From positions 1,312,001-1,376,000 of the forward strand of contig OY969724.1 in the NCBI GenBank assembly GCA_963702205.1: a stretch of 64,000 nucleotides of DNA, read 5' to 3'. Shown one piece after another: positions 52,446 to 61,453 of the stretch. This DNA comes from an uncultured candidate division Zixibacteria bacterium (lineage in GTDB: Bacteria; Zixibacteria; MSB-5A5; GN15; PGXB01). Each line of letters starts with the position of its first letter. Within the stretch, counting starts at the first letter, position 1. Under the pieces are notes generated by a model that saw nothing but the letters and a program-made list of their open reading frames with translations, searched no databases and was not told the DNA's origin. Made by a program: the position numbers and the translations under genes.

Positions 52446-53915
52446 ATGAATATGCCGGCATATAATTTAAAATTAATCACCCCCGAACTGTTTTTGTTTG
52501 TCTGGGCGACGCTGGTAATAATTCTCGATCTCGGGACCGGCCGCAAACAAACCAGGTCATTGGCGTGGACGGCCATGTTCGGCCTGCTGGTAACCGGCGT
52601 TTTGCTTTGTCTTACATGGGGCGGGATTACTTTCAATAATATGTACACATCCGATTCCCTGTCGGTCCTGTTCAAGGTAATTTTCCTCGGAGCGGCTTTC
52701 ATGGCGATCGGGTCGTCGTTCAGCATCCTGACCGAAAAAATAAAGAATCACCGGGGCGAATTTCTCGGCCTCATTATGTATTCGACGGTCGGCATGATGT
52801 TTCTGGCCTCGTCGAGTGAACTTATATCGCTTTATGTCGGACTGGAACTGACGACCATCCCGCTGTTCGTCCTGGCGGCGTTCTTCAAAGATGATCGTCT
52901 GTCGGTTGAGGCCGGCATGAAGTATTTCATCGTCGGGGCATTTTCATCGGCTATTCTGTTATACGGTCTGTCGCTTTTGTATGGCCTGAGCGGGACGACA
53001 GATATCGTCCAGATGAAGATAAATCTCTCGCTGTTGTTTTTGTCCTACGGCAAAATCGGCCCCGGATTGATTCTGGCGCTGATGATGGTTATCGCGGGTA
53101 TCGGTTTCAAACTGGCGCTGGTGCCGTTTCATATGTGGGCTCCCGATGTGTATCAGGGCTCTCCCACACCGGTGACGGGATTTTTGTCGGTCGGTTCCAA
53201 GGCGGCCGGTTTGATCGCCTTTGCGAGAATTTTTGTCAACGGCCTGATCGCGTTTTCAGGTTCGGTTATGCGGCCGCTCGACTGGGGAACGATTATCGCC
53301 GTTTTGGCTGCCGCGGCCATGGTCTGGGGAAATCTGGCGGCCATTCGGCAGGATAATATCAAACGCATGCTGGCGTTTTCCTCGATCGCCCAGGTCGGTT
53401 ATATCATGGTCGGTATGGTTTCGGCGAGCGCCATGGGCATTGCCTCGATTGGATATTATATGTTCGTTTACCTGTTTGCCAATATGGGTGCTTTTGCTGC
53501 CGCGACGTTTTTCGAAGATCGCTCCGGCTCGGACAAGATCACCAGCTATGCCGGTCTGTCGCAATCATCGCCGGCTTTTGCCGCCTGTTTGTCGATTTTC
53601 ATGCTGTCGCTGGCGGGGATCCCGCCTATGGGCGGTTTTGCGGCCAAGTATCTGGTGTTCGCGGCGGGTATTCAGGCCGGATATACCTGGCTGGTGATTC
53701 TGGGGCTATTGATGGCGGTGGTATCGTTATATTATTATGCCAACGTGGTCAAGGTGATGTATTTCGCGCCCAGCAAATCTCTTTTCGATCTGAAACTGTC
53801 TTTCACCGCGCGGCTGATACTGGCGATCGGCGTGATTGGGGTCATTTTATTTGGCATTTATCCGGAGCCTGTTATTAAGTTTGCCCTCGATTCGGCAGCG
53901 GCTTTTGCCTTCTGA
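52446..53915 (+). CDS. nuoN: Complex I subunit N
   Basis: EAGMKYF, FKLALVPFHMWAPDVYQG, KRMLAFSSIA and SLAGIPP motifs. Confidence 0.96.
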   Translation: MNMPAYNLKLITPELFLFVWATLVIILDLGTGRKQTRSLAWTAMFGLLVTGVLLCLTWGGITFNNMYTSDSLSVLFKVIFLGAAFMAIGSSFSILTEKIKNHRGEFLGLIMYSTVGMMFLASSSELISLYVGLELTTIPLFVLAAFFKDDRLSVEAGMKYFIVGAFSSAILLYGLSLLYGLSGTTDIVQMKINLSLLFLSYGKIGPGLILALMMVIAGIGFKLALVPFHMWAPDVYQGSPTPVTGFLSVGSKAAGLIAFARIFVNGLIAFSGSVMRPLDWGTIIAVLAAAAMVWGNLAAIRQDNIKRMLAFSSIAQVGYIMVGMVSASAMGIASIGYYMFVYLFANMGAFAAATFFEDRSGSDKITSYAGLSQSSPAFAACLSIFMLSLAGIPPMGGFAAKYLVFAAGIQAGYTWLVILGLLMAVVSLYYYANVVKVMYFAPSKSLFDLKLSFTARLILAIGVIGVILFGIYPEPVIKFALDSAAAFAF

Positions 53916-54011
53916 TTTATCATCACAATCAGCGGCCGGTATTCTGAAACGATTTTCGGTGTGTATAAATAATAGATTTGGCCGATTATTCGTACCGGGG
54001 ATTATTATAGT

Positions 54012-54653
54012 ATGTCCTTGCTGCAAATAGTCAAAGATGTTATCCGTCGCCAGTTCGTTTCGGGCGTCCTGGTAGTCGTCCCTCTGATTCTCACCTATGT
54101 CGTCCTGCGATTTTTATTCGAATCGTTCGATGGAATCCTCTCGCCGGTGGTCGAACGCGTTTTCGGTTATCATATTCCCGGATTGGGGATTATCACGACG
54201 ATCCTGCTTATTCTCCTGACCGGCTTTTTCACCCGGAATTTTCTTGGGGCAAGAATTTATCGTTTCGGCGATAATATTTTGACGCGGACCCCGATAATTC
54301 GTATTTTCTATCTCGCGGCCAAGCAGTTGATCGAAGCGATCACGATACCGAATATAAAAAGTTTTAAAGAGGTCGTGATGATTGAATATCCCCGGGTCGG
54401 CTCGTTCGCGCTGGGTTTCGCGACCGCCCGGATAAAAATCGATGAAGTCAGCCAAAAAAACCTGGTTGGCGTTTTTGTGCCCTCGACTCCGACCCCGGTT
54501 TCCGGTATCGTGATCTTCGTGCCCGAAGACGAGGTTCATCACCTGGACCTGACGATTGAAGAAGGAATCAAGATGATCGTCTCCGGGGGCATCGTGACTC
54601 CGGATTCGCTGAAAGCGAGACAAGTTCCGATATCTTTTAAGAAGGAGGACTGA
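54012..54653 (+). CDS. DUF502 family membrane protein
   Basis: Two TM helices; IEYPR, VFVPSTPTPVSG and GIKMIVSGG motifs. Confidence 0.85.
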   Translation: MSLLQIVKDVIRRQFVSGVLVVVPLILTYVVLRFLFESFDGILSPVVERVFGYHIPGLGIITTILLILLTGFFTRNFLGARIYRFGDNILTRTPIIRIFYLAAKQLIEAITIPNIKSFKEVVMIEYPRVGSFALGFATARIKIDEVSQKNLVGVFVPSTPTPVSGIVIFVPEDEVHHLDLTIEEGIKMIVSGGIVTPDSLKARQVPISFKKED

Positions 54654-54661
54654 CGGGCTTT

Positions 54662-55567
54662 ATGCGACTGGCAAATATGCTCAAAGAGGAATTTATCGTC
54701 GATGAACTCACGGCATCGACCAAGGAAGAGGCCATCGACGAACTGCTTGACCTTTTGAGACAGGCCAAACCGGGCATCTCTTTCGATCGTGTCCGGGCCA
54801 TGATTCTCGAAAGGGAGGAAATAGAGAATACATCGTACGGGCGGGGCTTCGCTTTCCCGCACGCCCGCACCGATGAAGTCGACGACATGGTGGTCCTTCT
54901 GGGGATTTCGAAAGCCGGATTAAATGACAAAACCCCAGATAATGTTCCTCTTAAAGTCATAATCCTGCTTTTAACTCCGACCCAAATCTCAAAATTGTAT
55001 CTTCAGACGTTGTCGGCCTTCGCCGCTTTTGCCCGAATCGAGGGCAACCGGGAGAAAATAATCGCCGCCGAAAACCGGGCGGACATTATAGATATTATCT
55101 GGCAAAGCGGGGTGGCGGTCGAGAAACAGTTGACGGTCAAGGATATAATGCGTCGCGGGGTGGCGACGGTTACACCCGATGACTCCCTCAAGCGAGTCGC
55201 CAATCTTATGTTCAAAAATCGCCTGTCGGCCCTGGCGGTAGTTGACGACGACGGCAATCTCCTGGGCCAGATAACCGATAAAGACCTGATTCGGGCGGCC
55301 CTTCCGGATTACAAGACGCTCATTTCCAACCTTAACTATTCGACAGAAACCGAGCCGTTCGAGGAGCTTCTTAAACAAGAGGACAAAATCAAGGTCAGTC
55401 AGCTATATACACAAGATCATGAAATCGCGACGCTCAACACAACTCTGGTCGAAGTGGCGGCGATGATGATTTTTAAGGACCTGCGGCGGGTTTTCGTGGC
55501 CGAGGGCTCGCGGCTGGTCGGGATTCTGCTTCGCAAAGACATTGTCAATATGATTATTCGGGGATAG
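54662..55567 (+). CDS. PTS EIIA (Ntr/Fru type) domain fused to a CBS pair
   Basis: EREEIENT..GFAFPHAR phospho-His motif followed by two CBS domains. Confidence 0.85.
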   Translation: MRLANMLKEEFIVDELTASTKEEAIDELLDLLRQAKPGISFDRVRAMILEREEIENTSYGRGFAFPHARTDEVDDMVVLLGISKAGLNDKTPDNVPLKVIILLLTPTQISKLYLQTLSAFAAFARIEGNREKIIAAENRADIIDIIWQSGVAVEKQLTVKDIMRRGVATVTPDDSLKRVANLMFKNRLSALAVVDDDGNLLGQITDKDLIRAALPDYKTLISNLNYSTETEPFEELLKQEDKIKVSQLYTQDHEIATLNTTLVEVAAMMIFKDLRRVFVAEGSRLVGILLRKDIVNMIIRG

Positions 55568-55591
55568 GCCGAATTTTAAGCGCTCCAATAG

Positions 55592-55682
55592 TTATCCACA
55601 TTTAATATCAGACCTGATTTAGGCTATTTGGACGATATTCCCGGAAAGATTTCCACATTATATATATAGTATGTGTGGAAAA
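55592..55682. promoter_or_regulatory. Three DnaA-box-like 9-mers
   Basis: TTATCCACA (55592), ATTTCCACA (55649) and TGTGGAAAA (55674, reverse) around an AT-rich spacer. Confidence 0.4.
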
Positions 55683-55686
55683 GATG

Positions 55687-56637
55687 TTATTTGGCTGTTT
55701 CTTGCTTTTCCTGAGGCCAGATAAGTGATGCGATCACAGAAATTACCAGCAGGGCGGAGATTACTGTGAGCGCGATCCAGATTGGAATATGGACGAATTT
55801 CGCCACCAGCATTTTGAGCCCGACAAAGGACAGAATAGCTCCGAGTCCGTATTTCAGATAATAAAACATATGCATCAGGGCTGCCAGGGCGAAATAAAGA
55901 GCCCTCAGGCCCAAAATGGCGAAGACATTCGAGGAATAGACAATGAACGGGTCAAGGGTTATGGCGAAAATGGCCGGGATGGAATCGAGGGCGAAGACGA
56001 TATCGGTCGACTCGACCACAACCAGGACGATAAACAAGGGCGTGGCGAATTTGGCCCCTTCCTTCAGTATGAAAAATTTCCCCTCATGATAATTTTGGGT
56101 GACCGGGACGATCTTGCGGACGAACCGTAACACCGGGTTTTTCTCCGGCTCGATTTCTTTATCACCGGCGAAGGCCATTTTTATACCGGCGTAGATGAGA
56201 AAAGCGCCGAATATGTACAGTATCCAGCTGAATCTCGCGACCAGAAAGGTCCCGGTGGCAATAAACAAACCGCGGAAGATCAAAGCTCCGAGAATGCCCC
56301 AGAACAAAACCCGGTATTGATAGCGTTCCGAGACCTTGAAATAAGAAAATATCAGCAGGAATACGAACAAGTTGTCAATAGAAAGCGAGCGCTCGATAAA
56401 ATAGCCGGTAAAAAACTCCAGCGCGGTCGTGCCGCCTTTCCAGAAGTAGACGAAGACGTTGAACAGCAGCGCCACGATTACCCAGATCACCGACCAGATC
56501 AGGCTTTCTTTCATCGTTATTTTGTGATCTTTGCGGTGGAAGATACCGAGGTCGAGCCCGAGAAGAACCAGTACGAGCAGGTTAAAGCTGGTCCACAGGA
56601 ATATTTTATGGGAGAGAATCTGGGTTATCGTTTCCAT
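55687..56637 (-). CDS. TerC family membrane protein (Alx-like)
   Basis: 316 aa; ERSLSIDNLFVF, DIVFALDSIPAI and SNVFAILGLRALYF motifs. Confidence 0.93.
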   Translation of the reverse strand: METITQILSHKIFLWTSFNLLVLVLLGLDLGIFHRKDHKITMKESLIWSVIWVIVALLFNVFVYFWKGGTTALEFFTGYFIERSLSIDNLFVFLLIFSYFKVSERYQYRVLFWGILGALIFRGLFIATGTFLVARFSWILYIFGAFLIYAGIKMAFAGDKEIEPEKNPVLRFVRKIVPVTQNYHEGKFFILKEGAKFATPLFIVLVVVESTDIVFALDSIPAIFAITLDPFIVYSSNVFAILGLRALYFALAALMHMFYYLKYGLGAILSFVGLKMLVAKFVHIPIWIALTVISALLVISVIASLIWPQEKQETAK

Positions 56638-56645
56638 CAGACGCC

Positions 56646-56674
56646 AGAATACGATTGCAGGGCCGTTTTGTCAA
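56646..56674 (-). promoter_or_regulatory. Sigma70-like promoter of terC with little or no leader
   Basis: TTGACA-N17-TATTCT ending 8 nt before the ATG. Confidence 0.65.
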
Positions 56675-56739
56675 CAAACATCGTTGGTTATCATTGCCGG
56701 GTTGAGGCTATATCCCTGCCGGTCACTCTTACTCCAGGC

Positions 56740-56770
56740 GCTCGGGCACATGTGGACATGTGCCGCGCAC
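56740..56770 (-). repeat. GTGC-type REP-like palindrome
   Basis: GTGCGCGGCACATGTCCACATGTGCCCGAGC; matches 39418-39448 except for one compensated base pair. Confidence 0.8.
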
Positions 56771-56950
56771 AAAATGTGCCTCGTACAAAAAAATGACCGT
56801 CAGGTCTCATCACGATTGCATCGGGAAATGGCCTGACGGAACTGAATAATCGGCAGTATGAGACAGTGGGAACATTACTTCAATAAAAAGCCGGGTTCTT
56901 TGTCACACTTAACTTGAAACCCGGCCTGATTTTTCTACGATGACTTGCCG

Positions 56951-57640
56951 TCAGCTTGGTTTATTATCGCCTTTGGGTTTTTCACGAAAGCCGATTCGCG
57001 GGAAAGGATTTATCACGGCGCTGGCGATATTAGTCAAATGCGAGGCGATTCGTTTCAGGTAACGGAAATATAGGGCCAGGGCGACGGCATCGGGCGCGGA
57101 GAGGCTTTCGTCTTTTCCCAGCAGGATTTCATTGAGCGCCAGATCGCATTTTCCGGAGACATCGCGGTGTTCCGACATAATCCTTCGGGCCAGCTCGACG
57201 TCTTTTTCCAGCAGACTTTTCACCAGTTCCCGGAAACGAATTTTAACCCGGTCTTCGACTTCGACCAGAGTATCTTCGAGATCGCCGCCTTCCAGACGGG
57301 CAGGATGGGCCACGGCCAGTTCGGCTATATTCTTGGTATAATCGCCGATTCGTTCCACGTCGATTACGATTGATATCAGCACCAGCCCGATTCCAACGTT
57401 TTTATTTTCGGAAATGGTCAGGTGGGTCAGGACGTTGCGGCGCACTTCGCGTTCGAACTTGTTGATCATCTTGTCTTTTTCGTAGATGTTGAACGGCAGT
57501 TTGGCGCTGTCAAGATGGCGCAGCGAATTGACGCTGGCCAGAAACATCTCCTCGTCGGTTTCGAGCATGGTCACCGTTGTTTCGTAGGATTGATCGAGGA
57601 GGCTTTCCTTGCGGAACATTTTAAGGAGTTCTTCAAGCAT
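56951..57640 (-). CDS. PhoU domain protein
   Basis: 229 aa; DKMINKFE, DVERIGDYTKNIAE and LKRIASHLTNI repeats. Confidence 0.85.
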   Translation of the reverse strand: MLEELLKMFRKESLLDQSYETTVTMLETDEEMFLASVNSLRHLDSAKLPFNIYEKDKMINKFEREVRRNVLTHLTISENKNVGIGLVLISIVIDVERIGDYTKNIAELAVAHPARLEGGDLEDTLVEVEDRVKIRFRELVKSLLEKDVELARRIMSEHRDVSGKCDLALNEILLGKDESLSAPDAVALALYFRYLKRIASHLTNIASAVINPFPRIGFREKPKGDNKPS

Positions 57641-57646
57641 ATTTTA

Positions 57647-58786
57647 TCACCTCAGCAAATAAATTAGCATTAGTGGAAATACGAAAAACACGACTACGGT
57701 AATTCCGATCGGGATAAGTTTGGACTTTTGTATTAATCCGGCGGCCAATTCAGCCAGCCCGATCGGGATTTTTTTCAACGGCAGCCAGATGACAATACCG
57801 CAAACGTTGAAAAGCAGGTGAGATAGGGCTACAGCCAGGGCTGCCGGATTGCCGGTAACCATTGCGGCCATAATCGCAGTGACCGTTGTCCCGACATTTG
57901 CTCCCAACGTGAACGGATAAACACGATTAAGAGATAATACTCCGGCCCCCACGAGGGGAACAATCAATGACGTCGTTATGGAAGAAGATTGAACGATCGA
58001 TGTTAGCACAAATCCCAGCAATAGGGCCCTTAGCGTAGTTTTAAAAATATACCTTTGGAAGAATATTTCGACCCGACTTAAGACCAACGACTTTAAGATT
58101 TTGACCATGTATCTGAGGGCCAATATCAATAACAAAATGGCAATCGCGGCCGATATCCATCCGCTGTGGCTGTCGATATTTATTATAAACTCGGTAAGCG
58201 GCTTGGTGATAAACTTTATGGGTGATCCGAAAGAAAGGCCCCCCATGTTTTCGAAAATACTTTCGAATAAAATTGCCAGTTTGCTCAAAAAATGCGTGGT
58301 TAGTTGAAGCGGGAAAAGAACCAGTACGGATAATATATTGAAGATGTCGTGCACGACGGCTCCGGAGTAGGCTCGCTGATATTCATCGCTGTTCGCAATG
58401 TGAGTTAATGACACAATCGTATTGGTGACAGTTGTCCCTATGTTGGCCCCCATGATTATGGGAATGGCATTTTCAATGCTTAGTATGCCTCCGCCGACCA
58501 TACCCACAACGATTGATGTGGTCGTGGATGAAGATTGAATTACCGATGTGGCAAGGATACCAATAAAAAGCCCGACCACCGGATGAGCCGTAGTGGCAAG
58601 AAGTGATTTGGCGAAGTCCTTCCCGAAGAGCTTGAAGGAATCGCCTAAAAGCGCTATTGAAAGAATAAAGAGATACAGAAAAACCAGCAGTCCGAAAATC
58701 TTCAGAACGACCGTAAAGATTTCTTTATCCGGACGCCTAAGCTGCTGAAATAATCCGCCCCCCGAGGAAGCCTTAATCGCCTCCAC
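57647..58786 (-). CDS. Na+/phosphate symporter (NptA/YjbB, SLC34-like)
   Basis: Two QSSS motifs and two GAN(I/V)GTT motifs. Confidence 0.92.
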   Translation of the reverse strand: MEAIKASSGGGLFQQLRRPDKEIFTVVLKIFGLLVFLYLFILSIALLGDSFKLFGKDFAKSLLATTAHPVVGLFIGILATSVIQSSSTTTSIVVGMVGGGILSIENAIPIIMGANIGTTVTNTIVSLTHIANSDEYQRAYSGAVVHDIFNILSVLVLFPLQLTTHFLSKLAILFESIFENMGGLSFGSPIKFITKPLTEFIINIDSHSGWISAAIAILLLILALRYMVKILKSLVLSRVEIFFQRYIFKTTLRALLLGFVLTSIVQSSSITTSLIVPLVGAGVLSLNRVYPFTLGANVGTTVTAIMAAMVTGNPAALAVALSHLLFNVCGIVIWLPLKKIPIGLAELAAGLIQKSKLIPIGITVVVFFVFPLMLIYLLR

Positions 58787-58877
58787 CCGGATCCTCTCCT
58801 GGTTGTTATCCCGCCAAATTTTCGGCGAATATAAACCTCAGGTGGGATCAAGTCAATTGATATATCCGACTAAATTA

Positions 58878-59399
58878 TCAACCCCGGATTTTTTTTATGG
58901 CCCAGCCCAGGCGTTTGCCATATTCCACGCAGGCGGTGAGAGTATCATCGGTCGGCCCCTCGGTCCCGTCAAGTCCCACATGGGCCACCGGGCCCCACTG
59001 ATTGGCCCCTTTACCGTAGCCGGGCATATCGTTGACGAATCCGGTCATCACCAACCCCAGTTCGAGGAGGGTTCCGTAAAGTGCTATCTGGGTCGTTTCG
59101 ATCCCGGAGTTTGGGTTTCCACCGGAGACAAAGACGCCGCCGACGCGATTTTTTAAAGCGGCCTTTAACCACAAGCCGCTGGTGCCTTCGATAAAGGTTT
59201 TCAGACGACCGCCCACCGATCCCATCCGGACAGGAGAGCCCAGGACGATTCCATCGTATTCGAGCAAATCCTCGGCTTTGACGTCGGCTGGTTTGGCCAT
59301 AGTGACGTCGATGTCTTCTTCTTCGAGGCCCTGCAAAATTTTGCCGGCCATTTGTTCGATATGACCATATTCCGACATATACACAATAATAGCTTTCAT
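58878..59399 (-). CDS. Flavodoxin / WrbA-like NAD(P)H oxidoreductase
   Basis: 173 aa; YMSEYGH, YDGIVLGSP and GGVFVSGG motifs. Confidence 0.85.
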   Translation of the reverse strand: MKAIIVYMSEYGHIEQMAGKILQGLEEEDIDVTMAKPADVKAEDLLEYDGIVLGSPVRMGSVGGRLKTFIEGTSGLWLKAALKNRVGGVFVSGGNPNSGIETTQIALYGTLLELGLVMTGFVNDMPGYGKGANQWGPVAHVGLDGTEGPTDDTLTACVEYGKRLGWAIKKIRG

Positions 59400-59471
59400 C
59401 CTTTTCCCTCTCTTTTAAAAATGAATTGCAGATTTCCAAACAATACGGACGGACACGAAATCATCGCAGAA

Positions 59472-60680
59472 TCAATTTTTCTGAAAAGGTCCGATATCCA
59501 AAAGACTGTCAGTGGGGAGCGGCTCATCCTCGGGAATTTCGTGCACAGGGACCATCAGGAGGTCGACGTCTTCGCCTTCCCTGATAAGCTGCAAATAAAC
59601 GCCGTCGGTGTCAATTTTATCCAGAATTTTGGCCATCAGTTCGCGCGCATTACGGGGGTACTCACCGTTAACCCGTTTGATCTGGTCGCCGACCATGAGA
59701 CCGTTGGCATAGGCCAGCCCGAGCGTGTCGATATCGACCACTTCGAGGTATCCCCGCGACGTTTTGGACACCGAAAAGCCGAGTCGACCACCCCCGGCAG
59801 AGAGCTTCATCTGAGCCTGACTATTCTGATCATGGGGCTTGACACTCCGCACGCGCGGCGCTTTGGTCAGCTCGATCAGGGGCGAGAAAGCCGATTCGCG
59901 GGTGATGTAGAAAAGCATCGGAGTTTCGGGACTGAGTTTCCAGTTGTGGCGGAAATGATTGCGGTAAATTTCCCAGCCGGGATTGTGGATCCGGAATTCT
60001 TCCGATCCCAGAATCTGATCGAGGCTGTCGGTGGGCATGACCAGTTCGGCGGTGGCGACGGCCAGTGTCAGCGAAAGAATATCGAAGCGGTACTGCGATT
60101 GTTCCATCAGCGGGTGCCGTCCGACGCCCGAATTGCGGTACTGCACCTGGTAAAGCTGCATGAGGTTTCTTCCGGACAATATTCTAATCAGGTTGAAAAA
60201 TCGGTACAGACCGGTCGGAGCGGCTTCGATATACGTCTGATGTTTGATTCCTTCAATCGGCAGAATAAGAGGGTCATACATAAATTCAACCGGCAGATAG
60301 CGCAGAAGGTGGACGTCCAGACCGCGCTCGACCCAGTTGACCCCGGACAGGGTTTCGATGACACCGAGAATTTTTGTTCCGAGGCTGTCCCACATGGCGA
60401 CCAGGGATGAATCATTGTTCGCCGCTTTGCGCAGGTCGCGGTAGACGCCGTATTCGCTTTTGTAATAATCGGGGTAGAAATCTCTTTGAAGATAGAAACT
60501 GTTGGTGACGAGATCGACCTCGGGCAGGTTCGCCCGGAAATAGGCCGAGTCCGGCCAGTTGGCCATCGAATCGGCCGGAGCCGTTTCCTGCTCATCGGGC
60601 GTATCCTGTGCCATTGCTGTCCCGAATAACAGAGTCAGTGACAGCAAGATTGCCCAAAAATAATAGTGTCGTCGTTTCAT
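59472..60680 (-). CDS. Secreted protein with a C-terminal PDZ domain
   Basis: Signal peptide; RLGFSV...AYANGLMVGDQIKRVNG PDZ signature. Confidence 0.75.
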   Translation of the reverse strand: MKRRHYYFWAILLSLTLLFGTAMAQDTPDEQETAPADSMANWPDSAYFRANLPEVDLVTNSFYLQRDFYPDYYKSEYGVYRDLRKAANNDSSLVAMWDSLGTKILGVIETLSGVNWVERGLDVHLLRYLPVEFMYDPLILPIEGIKHQTYIEAAPTGLYRFFNLIRILSGRNLMQLYQVQYRNSGVGRHPLMEQSQYRFDILSLTLAVATAELVMPTDSLDQILGSEEFRIHNPGWEIYRNHFRHNWKLSPETPMLFYITRESAFSPLIELTKAPRVRSVKPHDQNSQAQMKLSAGGGRLGFSVSKTSRGYLEVVDIDTLGLAYANGLMVGDQIKRVNGEYPRNARELMAKILDKIDTDGVYLQLIREGEDVDLLMVPVHEIPEDEPLPTDSLLDIGPFQKN

Positions 60681-60744
60681 CGGGCCATAATCTGCGAATA
60701 TTCCGCCCGTAACGCAAGACTAAATTACAAGAATATCGTTTGGA

Positions 60745-61425
60745 TTATAGAGGAGTGCCGTTGCCGTTGTAGATCAGCCCGTCCTTGAGCTTAATGATCC
60801 GCTGGGTGTGATTACCGATGTTCTGATCGTGCGTGATAATGACAATCGTGTGCCCTTCCTCGTGCAATTGGTCGAACAGCTTGATAATTTCGCCGCCGGA
60901 TTTGCTGTCAAGATTTCCGGTTGGTTCATCGGCCAGAATCAGGTTAGGTCGGTTAGCCAGAGCACGGGCGATAGCCACCCGCTGCATTTCGCCGCCGGAC
61001 AGCTCGGTCGGCTTGTTGGCGAGTTTATCGGCCAGGCCGACGGAACTGAGAACTTCAGCTACCCGCTGTCGGCGTGTTTTCGATTTGACTCCGGCGAAAA
61101 GGAGCGGAATTTCGACGTTCTCCGCCGCGGTGGCGTACGGCAGCAAATTGAAGGCCTGAAAGACAAATCCAACCTTGCGGTTGCGAATCTCAGCCAGTTG
61201 GTTGGGCGTGAGGTTTTTGACCGGCTGCTCTTCGAGAAGATAGTCACCCTCCGAGGGAACATCCAGACAGCCCATGATATTCATAAGGGTCGATTTGCCG
61301 GACCCCGACGGGCCCATGATGGAGACGTACTCGTTGTCCTGAATATCTATTGAAACGCCCTTGAGGGCACGGAATTCCACGTTGCCTGTATTGTAGACCT
61401 TTTGAATGTTGGACATCTTAAGCAT
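60745..61425 (-). CDS. ABC transporter ATP-binding protein (MacB/LolD type)
   Basis: GPSGSGKST, GFVFQ, LSGGEMQR and LADEPTGNLD motifs. Confidence 0.95.
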   Translation of the reverse strand: MLKMSNIQKVYNTGNVEFRALKGVSIDIQDNEYVSIMGPSGSGKSTLMNIMGCLDVPSEGDYLLEEQPVKNLTPNQLAEIRNRKVGFVFQAFNLLPYATAAENVEIPLLFAGVKSKTRRQRVAEVLSSVGLADKLANKPTELSGGEMQRVAIARALANRPNLILADEPTGNLDSKSGGEIIKLFDQLHEEGHTIVIITHDQNIGNHTQRIIKLKDGLIYNGNGTPL

Positions 61426-61453
61426 ATTGCATCCTCGATAAGTCTATGACTTC

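Noticed and set aside
56638..56830. yybP-ykoY manganese riboswitch expected upstream of terC
   Set aside because: A promoter sits 8 nt from the ATG, leaving no leader; the upstream hairpin is a REP copy
59352..60410. 352-aa plus-strand ORF, and similar long antisense ORFs at 2427-3110, 18585-19451, 21222-22052, 38636-39403 and 45468-46283
   Set aside because: Each lies opposite a well-supported gene and shows no recognisable motifs
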